This document shows positions 38,910-46,751 of a stretch of 64,000 nucleotides of DNA, one piece after another. Position numbers and translations under genes: made by a program. Source of the stretch: Obrimoposthia wandeli (lineage: Eukaryota); the NCBI GenBank assembly GCA_977020255.1, contig CDROCS010005394.1, positions 124,001-188,000 of the forward strand. Reading direction: 5' to 3'. Below the pieces are notes generated by a model that made no database searches, was not told where the DNA came from, and worked only from the letters and a program-made list of their open reading frames with translations. The number at the start of each line of letters is the position of its first letter. The stretch's first letter is position 1.

Positions 38910-41306
38910 TTAAGGTGTAGGAACATTCGCTGAACTAGATTTTGTCATAGTCGGCTTCGTCATGGGCTTTGTAGTCGTTGGAGTAGTGGTAGTACCCACG
39001 GCAGAAGATGCTGGCGTAGGTTCTACACTGTTATCGACCGCTACTGGCGGCTGTGGAATAGCTTTAACCATTAACTCAAATAACTGCCCCGACAATTTAT
39101 TCAACTCAGGTAAATCGAGTGTCGCTGAATATAACGGTTTGCCATCATTTTCAATTCTAGCTCTGACAACATACTGGCCATTATTATCAAATGCTGCCGG
39201 ATCGTACTGCAGAGAAATATTATAAGGCGGTGGCTTCGTGGCAGCGATGGTTTTCTGCCCCAGCATTGAACGACTAATATCCGTCTGAGACACGTCTTCA
39301 AGTGTCACGGTGATCGTGGACGATGCAGGTAAACTTTTACGTTCTAAATAAATAACCCGCACTTCTAAATTCTTCTTCTTCGGTGGCGCTACTACCGTAT
39401 TAACCTGATCTTCAAACACCACGCCCCATACTGGAATATCTTTAATCTGCATAGGTGTTACTTTTAACGGATTCTGCTCAAGCAAGGTAAAATTAGCCGT
39501 TTTACCAACAGCGATAGAGCCAATTTTATCTTCCAGCCTTAAAGTGTGAGCCGCATTAATAGTAATGGTTTGCATCGCTTGATAAGCAGTAATACGTTCA
39601 CCTTGTGAAACCTTGTTGCCTGCCGATGTGATGCGGTTAACAGCCGTCCACGCTAACGTTAACGGTTCCATGGGAGCCATAGAAAAGTCAGAATGAAATG
39701 ACACCGGAATATTGTTTTTCATTAGACTATTCACACGTACCAAACTCTCTGCACGTTCACTACCTAATCCAACTTCCGAGTATTTATCCGCTAACGCCCA
39801 TAAATAATAAGGATTTACCGATGCTTCAATATTTAAGTCAGCTAATTGCTTGACCTGCTCTGGAGTAAAGTAACCCATGTGGTGCAATGTCAGACGATGA
39901 TCTTCACGCGCAAGTCGAGCTTGATCGGCTTTGTTGAAGTCCAGTACTTGTTGGATACCGAGATCGCCATTCGCATGTACATGGATCTGATAGCCATTGT
40001 CCCAATAGAAACTTAACTGCTGCTGGAATACATCCAACGGCGTCATCCACTCCCCTTCATGACCATCAAGATAGCCGTCTTTCATCTGCATTAGCTGAGA
40101 ATAGATCGCGCCATCAGAAAATAACTTCACTTGCTTAGGTAAAAACTTGATATTGTCAGTATTATATTCACTTTCTAACGTTTCAATAAACGCTAAGGCT
40201 TTGTCGTTACTCTGGCCTTTCGCATTATAAAAATAGCTACCGCTTGGAATTAAAAATACGTCGTAAGGCGGCTTTTGATCCATTTCAGATTTTAATAACT
40301 GATATTCAAAATCAAAGTTGGAGCTTGTAAAACCGGGTTCAGCTATGGTAGTAATACCATTCCTAAGCACCAGCTGTGACATTATTTTCAATCCTAACTT
40401 ATAACTGTCAGGATCAATTAAATCATCTGCGATTTTAGGTACTAATGCTAACCAACCACCTTCATAAAAATGGCCTTTATCCCAATCGACTTGAGGATTG
40501 TCAGCAAAATCGGATTTTTTAAGACCAAACTTTTTGATTGCAGCATCATTTAAAAATACTTCATGGAAAGAACGGTGGATGATGGCAACGGGTTTGTTTG
40601 GTGACAGCTCGTTTAGTACTTGGCGAGTTAACGCGCCATGCCAAAGTTGATGATAACCCCAAACAAAAAACACCTTATCCTTGTCAGCGTTGGCATCAAT
40701 CGATTGCTTTAAACGTTCAAGATAAGCAAAATGACCCGATACACCTTTTTTGACTTCGTTCGGTAACACCCAATCATAAGGCGCAATGATTTCGTTTGAC
40801 AGCATAATGGCCGCAATAGAAGAATGTACGTGCGGTTCGATAAAACCAGGCAACATGGTTTTACCGCTAATATTAATCAGTTTAGTATTATCGCCACTAA
40901 GATTCATCGCGTCGATTTTGGTTCCAACAAAGATGATCTTCTTATCTTTGGTAGCGACAGCTTCAATATAACTTGGCTGTGCACCTGCCATCGTCAAAAT
41001 ATCACCACCAAAATAAATGGCATCGGCAATAACAAGCTGGGCTTTAACGGGTAAAGGTACTTCGATTATTGCTTGTGACGGGGTCTCATCGACGACTTTG
41101 GTGTCGCCTATTATTGCTGTTTCGTTATCTTTTGATGGAGTGGCAGTCGTCAGCTCATTAGGGACTGTATTCGTCTCGGCCTTTACCGCCGCCGTTGCAT
41201 TAACTTGTAGGCTAAACAGCAGAACGCATAATAGGGTTACTTGCATAACCCATTGCACAAAAACAGAAAACGATTGAATAGGGCTAGTTAAGCCTTGAGT
41301 TGACAT
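38910..41306 (-). CDS. Secreted amidohydrolase-3 (YtcJ/NfdA-like) fused to a C-terminal YbaY domain and Pro/Thr-rich tail
   Basis: Start ATG at 41306 (GGGAG RBS); signal peptide ending QVNA; PGFIEPHVH (HxH), VKLFSDG (Lys), IHVHANGD, LHHMG, FHSDFS (Asp), GSIAVGKTANF; then YLERKSLPASS..VTLEDVSQTD..YVVRARI. Confidence 0.88.
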   Translation of the reverse strand: MSTQGLTSPIQSFSVFVQWVMQVTLLCVLLFSLQVNATAAVKAETNTVPNELTTATPSKDNETAIIGDTKVVDETPSQAIIEVPLPVKAQLVIADAIYFGGDILTMAGAQPSYIEAVATKDKKIIFVGTKIDAMNLSGDNTKLINISGKTMLPGFIEPHVHSSIAAIMLSNEIIAPYDWVLPNEVKKGVSGHFAYLERLKQSIDANADKDKVFFVWGYHQLWHGALTRQVLNELSPNKPVAIIHRSFHEVFLNDAAIKKFGLKKSDFADNPQVDWDKGHFYEGGWLALVPKIADDLIDPDSYKLGLKIMSQLVLRNGITTIAEPGFTSSNFDFEYQLLKSEMDQKPPYDVFLIPSGSYFYNAKGQSNDKALAFIETLESEYNTDNIKFLPKQVKLFSDGAIYSQLMQMKDGYLDGHEGEWMTPLDVFQQQLSFYWDNGYQIHVHANGDLGIQQVLDFNKADQARLAREDHRLTLHHMGYFTPEQVKQLADLNIEASVNPYYLWALADKYSEVGLGSERAESLVRVNSLMKNNIPVSFHSDFSMAPMEPLTLAWTAVNRITSAGNKVSQGERITAYQAMQTITINAAHTLRLEDKIGSIAVGKTANFTLLEQNPLKVTPMQIKDIPVWGVVFEDQVNTVVAPPKKKNLEVRVIYLERKSLPASSTITVTLEDVSQTDISRSMLGQKTIAATKPPPYNISLQYDPAAFDNNGQYVVRARIENDGKPLYSATLDLPELNKLSGQLFELMVKAIPQPPVAVDNSVEPTPASSAVGTTTTPTTTKPMTKPTMTKSSSANVPTP

Positions 41307-41397
41307 TACGTCACTCCCTTTATAACGCAGTGTAAGTTGGCACAAAATAACATATCAATCACTATAAAACCATAAATTCACCGTCAGAGAAGAACTG

Positions 41398-42480
41398 TTA
41401 ACCCACTGCTTTTACTAATTGATGTTCACTTTGCGCGATAAACTTAGCGATTTCCGCGTACGCCTCATCGGCCTCTTCCAAATCAAATAAATGCCAGACA
41501 TGGAGCATATTAGACCATGTTTGCAAACGTACATCAGAACCTTCCGCGCGAGCTTTATTGGTATAACGACGCGAATCATCAACCATCATTTCAGTATCAC
41601 TGGCTTGGATCAAAATAGGCGGTAAATCAGCGAGGTTAGCAAAAATGGGTGATATTTGTGGGTTACTCGGATTCATACGAAATAATATAGCGACCCAGAT
41701 TAACAATACAAACTGTGGAAAGTGATGGAACTTGCCCATGAACGGATTTAATAAAAAGTCAGTTTTGGCGTTATAACTTAAGCTGCCGTAGCTGAAGGTA
41801 CTATCAATACAGGGACATATTGCAATAGCCGCATCAACTTGACGGATATTTTGGTGTTTAAGCCAACCAATAAGAGACAGGGTTAAATTACCACCAGCTG
41901 AATCACCAGCAACATAAATACGGTGGCATTCCTGCTGCTGATAAGGATTGTGTTCTAATAACCATTGATACGCATGACGGCAATCTTGAATGCCCTGAGC
42001 ACGGTTCCCATCAGGCATCATGTCGTAGTTGACCGCAAACACAGCAACACCAAGTTCACGTGATAAACGCTCCGTGACCACGCGGTGACTTTTAGCACTG
42101 CCGACTGCAAACCCACCACCGTGAATATAAAGTAAGCGCTTATTTACATCACAGTTTTTTGTAAGCACCCACTCTCCCATTACGCTTTGTTCTTGAAAGT
42201 AGCTAGAGACAGGAATAATTTCACAATCTAATTCAACATCCCCTAAACAATCAATTTTTTGACGTAATGCATAGAGATAATTACTCGGTTTAATAAAGCT
42301 AATTGGCTCTTTCATGCTTTCCAGCAGTTCTAAGGCTTGTGGATATTTATACGACGGTGTTGGACGATAAAAAGTTGCACTAAAATCGGTGCTGTCATAT
42401 TGACGAAGATCGTCGCCATACAGATTACGAATAAGCAGAAAAACAATGAACACGACTACAGCAACAATCAAAAACCACAT
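41398..42480 (-). CDS. Hormone-sensitive-lipase family esterase with N-terminal membrane anchor
   Basis: Probable start MWFLIVAVVVFIVFLL (GGGAG RBS); IHGGGF, AGDSAGG, MLHVWH. Confidence 0.88.
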   Translation of the reverse strand: MWFLIVAVVVFIVFLLIRNLYGDDLRQYDSTDFSATFYRPTPSYKYPQALELLESMKEPISFIKPSNYLYALRQKIDCLGDVELDCEIIPVSSYFQEQSVMGEWVLTKNCDVNKRLLYIHGGGFAVGSAKSHRVVTERLSRELGVAVFAVNYDMMPDGNRAQGIQDCRHAYQWLLEHNPYQQQECHRIYVAGDSAGGNLTLSLIGWLKHQNIRQVDAAIAICPCIDSTFSYGSLSYNAKTDFLLNPFMGKFHHFPQFVLLIWVAILFRMNPSNPQISPIFANLADLPPILIQASDTEMMVDDSRRYTNKARAEGSDVRLQTWSNMLHVWHLFDLEEADEAYAEIAKFIAQSEHQLVKAVG

Positions 42481-42714
42481 ATATTGATAACTCCCAGTAT
42501 TTAGACAACTCGAATCCATAATTTAATTATTAATGTCATCAATAGTTAAACCAATCATTAAACTAATAGTTAAATCGACATAAATCAATAACAGCATCGC
42601 CAGCGAAAAACAATTAGCGGTCAACTAAACGTGATAACAATAACGACAGAATCTCAAAATCAAAATAACAATATCAAGCTCTGTCACAGAATAGCCACAA
42701 CATGACTCGGTAAT

Positions 42715-43878
42715 CTAATTTAAAATAACTAAATCATCGATCTGTACATTTGCCGTAGGCTGTCTATCAATCGTCACGAGACTCGCTTGCTGATCGTAAA
42801 GCTTGGTGACTTCCACTTTGCTACTGCTATTGGTTTCTTTTTTGCGATTAATACCAAATTGATCGACATAATTACCAGTATGTTTAATCATAAATTGATC
42901 ACCTAATTTTAGACCATTATTACGACCAATATTAATGTTCACTTCATTACCATCAACAGCAATCACACGCGCTTCAACCAATTTACACTGCAAGCTAGCA
43001 TCTAAATCGAATAACACATCGTCAATAATTAACTGTAACGATATACCAAACTCAGAGCGCCAGAATTTTAGCGTATCAGTATCAACAACTCGGTGTTTAG
43101 CAAATTCCCACTTGGTGACCTTACTATAATTACGGTCAAACAATAAATTACCGTTAAAACCATCAAACACTTGTACATTCAAACGGAAATTACGCTCAGG
43201 TAAATCACCAGCGAATATTTTTGCTATGCCATTCACCGCAGGTTTAAACGTAGACAAATCGGTAATCGACCCCAGAATAATATATTGGCTATCTGCAGAC
43301 TTACTTATTTGTTTTACTTCATGTGACGTTAGATTTCCACGCAGCGGCAAAGAACTGCCGCTAAAACCAATGTTTTGGTTAATAAATTCACGAGCATCAA
43401 AAGTTTGACTATTTTTGCGTAGGCTTTGGTATAACAAACGACTAAACGACTCATTGATATTATAGATACCACCGTAACTCGCTTGTTCACGATGACGGAT
43501 ATTAAAGCGTAATAACGACACTGATTTTTGATAACCCGCGCTTAAACACTTATTACGGTCAGCCACAATATCCGTCACTATTTGGACTGTTATTTTATCG
43601 CCTTTAATCTTTTCACTGTTTAAACGAATATCCCTGACTTCACCATCCATACGCACTTGGAAGCGGTCTGAGAGTATTTTACCGCCATTAAAAGATTGTA
43701 AACTTGAAACCGAAGCACCTGCATACAATAACGCTTGCTTCAATGCATTGCGAACCGCTAACTCACGCGCAATATCGACATCGTTGTCGACAATAATCGC
43801 TTCACCTTCAACCTCATACCATTCAGCATGTAAGGTGAACGAACAACAAACCAATAATAGTAATAGCAGTTTTCTCAT
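42715..43878 (-). CDS. flgT: Flagellar H-ring assembly protein FlgT
   Basis: Signal peptide (TLHA-EWYEVEG); ARELAVRNALKQALLYAGASV, QYIILGSITD, RNFRLNVQVFDG, INIGRNNGLKLGD; divergent from flgOP. Confidence 0.9.
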   Translation of the reverse strand: MRKLLLLLLVCCSFTLHAEWYEVEGEAIIVDNDVDIARELAVRNALKQALLYAGASVSSLQSFNGGKILSDRFQVRMDGEVRDIRLNSEKIKGDKITVQIVTDIVADRNKCLSAGYQKSVSLLRFNIRHREQASYGGIYNINESFSRLLYQSLRKNSQTFDAREFINQNIGFSGSSLPLRGNLTSHEVKQISKSADSQYIILGSITDLSTFKPAVNGIAKIFAGDLPERNFRLNVQVFDGFNGNLLFDRNYSKVTKWEFAKHRVVDTDTLKFWRSEFGISLQLIIDDVLFDLDASLQCKLVEARVIAVDGNEVNINIGRNNGLKLGDQFMIKHTGNYVDQFGINRKKETNSSSKVEVTKLYDQQASLVTIDRQPTANVQIDDLVILN

Positions 43879-43918
43879 TTTTTAATCGCATATGAATTCT
43901 GGAGATGTGTATTTTAAA

Positions 43919-43934
43919 AGCAACATTTGTACCA
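43919..43934 (-). promoter_or_regulatory. Sigma54 promoter of flgT
   Basis: Minus strand TGGTAC-AAATG-TTGCT matches TGGCAC-N5-TTGCW with exact -24/-12 spacing. Confidence 0.8.
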
Positions 43935-44025
43935 GATCAAATTTTTATAAATATAAAATCACATCTAGGTTAAATTAAGCCATAAAAGCGTTATCATGAT
44001 AAAAAATTAAGCGGCAATGATAATT

Positions 44026-44041
44026 TGGCAAGTAATTTGCT
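44026..44041 (+). promoter_or_regulatory. Sigma54 promoter of the small-lipoprotein-flgO-flgP operon
   Basis: TGGCAA-GTAAT-TTGCT with exact -24/-12 spacing. Confidence 0.8.
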
Positions 44042-44133
44042 TATGTTTATCCATTGAACACGCATATAACAAGACCTAACCCTTAAAGGTATGCCTTATT
44101 ATCATCATGCATAATGTAAATTTAGGAACGATT

Positions 44134-44403
44134 ATGAAGCGTTTTTTACTACCGTCGTTAGCGGTTGTGTTGACTTCAGCATGTACTGTCATTGAAGAAC
44201 CTGGTCACGTATTATTAACGGGGGCAAACACCAAAGTACAGCCAGTGGTTATCAAACAAATTATTGTGCAACCTGTTTATCAGCCCTATGGTCAAAATGC
44301 AAACATGGCACAAAGTGTGCTTACTAAAGAACAGTACAATAATATGTTTAGAAGTCCTTATACCTACCCTTACCGCCGTGACGTTTCAACCAGCAGTAAG
44401 TAA
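44134..44403 (+). CDS. Small hypothetical lipoprotein (89 aa), first gene of the flgOP unit
   Basis: ATG at 44134 with AGGAA RBS; MKRFLLPSLAVVLTSAC lipoprotein-type signal; 38 nt upstream of flgO; no family recognised. Confidence 0.72.
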   Translation: MKRFLLPSLAVVLTSACTVIEEPGHVLLTGANTKVQPVVIKQIIVQPVYQPYGQNANMAQSVLTKEQYNNMFRSPYTYPYRRDVSTSSK

Positions 44404-44441
44404 CGGTTAATGACCATAATTAAAGCACTTAAGGAAGTAAT

Positions 44442-45125
44442 ATGAAAAAGGCAGTCATAGCTATCAGCCTATTTACCCTACTCACTGGTTGCGCACTAAA
44501 GCAACCGGTAACCCCTGAAGCACCTAAAGAAACACCGCCGCATTCAACGTGGGACGGTAATTCTTATGAGCCACAGTATCCAAAAAGCTTATTACCGAAT
44601 CAGCCGATAAACTATACCCAAGAATTAAGTTTCATCGTCCGTGGTTTAGCCGATCAGCTGATCGTCAATGATTTGTCGATTATTCCGAACAATGAACCAA
44701 TTGCTGTCACTTCCTTCGTAAATCTTGACGATCTATCGACAACAAATTGGCTTGGTCAAACATTATCAGAATCATTTATTCATGAATTGACTATCCGTCG
44801 AATTCCAGTGATTGATTATAAAACGACAGGCACAATTAGTGTTACTGGTCAGGGTGACTTTGTATTCACCCGAGATTGGAAAAAATTACGCGGTCAATTA
44901 CCAGTTTCACGTATCCTCACAGGTACTATGTCACGTAACAGTGAAGGCGTTATTGTTAACATGCGTGTGATTAATATGGAATCAGGCTTCGTTGAATCAA
45001 CCTCTCAAGGTATTATTCCTAATCATTTAGTGATTGGTGGTTCAAACAGCATGGGGCCATTAGAAGGTCGCGGCCGTTATATTTATCGTACAGGTTCAGC
45101 ACCTTCAGTTCGTATTACTAATTAA
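44442..45125 (+). CDS. flgO: Flagellar H-ring lipoprotein FlgO
   Basis: Lipobox LTGC; LADQL, PIAVTSFVNLD, LGQTLSESFIHEL, GDFVFTRDW, LTGT, VNMRVI. Confidence 0.9.
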   Translation: MKKAVIAISLFTLLTGCALKQPVTPEAPKETPPHSTWDGNSYEPQYPKSLLPNQPINYTQELSFIVRGLADQLIVNDLSIIPNNEPIAVTSFVNLDDLSTTNWLGQTLSESFIHELTIRRIPVIDYKTTGTISVTGQGDFVFTRDWKKLRGQLPVSRILTGTMSRNSEGVIVNMRVINMESGFVESTSQGIIPNHLVIGGSNSMGPLEGRGRYIYRTGSAPSVRITN

Positions 45126-45134
45126 GGTTTATTA

Positions 45135-45593
45135 ATGAAATATTTGCGTTTACTTATACTTGTCACTCTGGTTAGTTTAACAGGCTGTTCACTGTTAGAA
45201 AAAGATACGGTTTACTCTATTAAAGAACCAAAATCATTCCCTGTACTTAAAGCCGTTGGCTATGCAGCTTTAAGTTCTCAGCCAGGTAATAGTGAAAGTG
45301 AACGTATGCTTAATGCAATGCGCGCCTCTAAATTAGATGCTTATCGTGAATTAGCAGAGCAAGTCAGTGGACAAGAGATTTACAGTGATAGCAACTATAA
45401 ATCACGTTCACTGCAAGGTGAGTCAATCGAAGCATCGGTATCCGGTATTATCCGTGGTGCTCGAGTAGTACAGACTTATCCTGTTAATGACGATGTCTAC
45501 GCAACAGAGCTAGAACTCGATTTTAAACGTGTTTTTGAGCTATATGAAAATACTTCATCAATGCCAACGCGCGTGCAAAAGACCCGCTATTAA
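45135..45593 (+). CDS. flgP: Flagellar H-ring lipoprotein FlgP (LPP20-like)
   Basis: Lipobox LTGC; AVGYA, AMRASKLDAYRELAEQVSG, VSGIIRGARVV. Confidence 0.92.
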   Translation: MKYLRLLILVTLVSLTGCSLLEKDTVYSIKEPKSFPVLKAVGYAALSSQPGNSESERMLNAMRASKLDAYRELAEQVSGQEIYSDSNYKSRSLQGESIEASVSGIIRGARVVQTYPVNDDVYATELELDFKRVFELYENTSSMPTRVQKTRY

Positions 45594-45615
45594 GCACTGA
45601 TTATAAAAATAAGTT

Positions 45616-45657
45616 AAAAAATACCGCGTTAGCTTAAAATACTAACGCGGTATTTTT
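45616..45657. terminator. Bidirectional terminator between flgP and menA
   Basis: AAAAA-ATACCGCGTTAG-9 nt-CTAACGCGGTAT-TTTT. Confidence 0.88.
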
Positions 45658-45658
45658 A

Positions 45659-46537
45659 TTACCCCAGCATTAAATCCACTGAGTAAAACCCACCCCATAA
45701 TAAAACCACCAGCGACGTTTGTGCTAGCTGGGCGTTTAGTTGCTTACCATCGCGTTGGTATATCGCCATACACAAGGCTAATTGCACCGGTAACATCAAC
45801 ACCATCACCAGTCCCTGATAACGATCGACAAGCAGTAATAACGACGGTAATAACACGGTCATACAGTAAAGGTGCTTACTTGCTTTTACGCCTAAACGCG
45901 TTGCTAAAGTAAATTTTTGGGCTCTGCGATCCGATGCCACATCGCGAATATTATTAACTAGCATGATAGCCACAACTAAAAAGCCTATTTGACTCGCGGG
46001 AATAAACACATCAAACGTCAGTGCTTGGGTTTGTAAATAATAACTGCCGACCACAGCCAACCAGCCAAAATAAAGGAAAACGGCAACTTCACCAAGACCA
46101 TGTGACGCCAGCGGACGTGGCCCACCACTATAAACATACACACCAAGCAAAGATAACAGACCTAACACGACGTAAGCCCAACCACCAACATAGATAAGAT
46201 AACAACCGCTGACAATGGCAACCAAGCACATAGCGATAATACCAAGGCGTAAGTGCGCTGCGGATATCAGTCCTTTCTGTAATGCACGATCGGGCCCTAA
46301 GCGGTCATCGCCATCAACACCACTCTTACCATCGAAATAATCATTAGAAAGGTTCACGGCAATTTGTAATGCCATGCAGCAGACCATACACAATATGGCG
46401 ATATAAAAACTGAAATTAGCTGGAGAGTCGAACCAGGCGAGCGTTTGCCCAAGTAAAATAACCGCCAATGCCACCAGCAGTGTTTTGGGACGTGTAACAA
46501 GAAACCAAGAAGATAATGTAGTCATAGCATTTAGCAC
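45659..46537 (-). CDS. menA: 1,4-dihydroxy-2-naphthoate polyprenyltransferase
   Basis: TRPKTL, NLSNDYFDGKSGVD, YSGGPRPL..HGLGE, NNIRDVASD, KFTLATRLG. Confidence 0.94.
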   Translation of the reverse strand: MLNAMTTLSSWFLVTRPKTLLVALAVILLGQTLAWFDSPANFSFYIAILCMVCCMALQIAVNLSNDYFDGKSGVDGDDRLGPDRALQKGLISAAHLRLGIIAMCLVAIVSGCYLIYVGGWAYVVLGLLSLLGVYVYSGGPRPLASHGLGEVAVFLYFGWLAVVGSYYLQTQALTFDVFIPASQIGFLVVAIMLVNNIRDVASDRRAQKFTLATRLGVKASKHLYCMTVLLPSLLLLVDRYQGLVMVLMLPVQLALCMAIYQRDGKQLNAQLAQTSLVVLLWGGFYSVDLMLG

Positions 46538-46751
46538 TGCGGGGAATAGATAAAATGAGGATAAAATACCTATTTAGTAATGTCCACTTTTATTCTCTGA
46601 ATCACAAGATCCCTCCAACAGGAGTGACCTTGTGATTTTTATTCATATAAATTAATCAACATTCAGCGCAATAAATCAACGATATGCAACGAACAACATA
46701 AGTATCCTTGTTCACCAACCAGGTTTTTTAGCTCTGCTCTGCCAAGACCTG

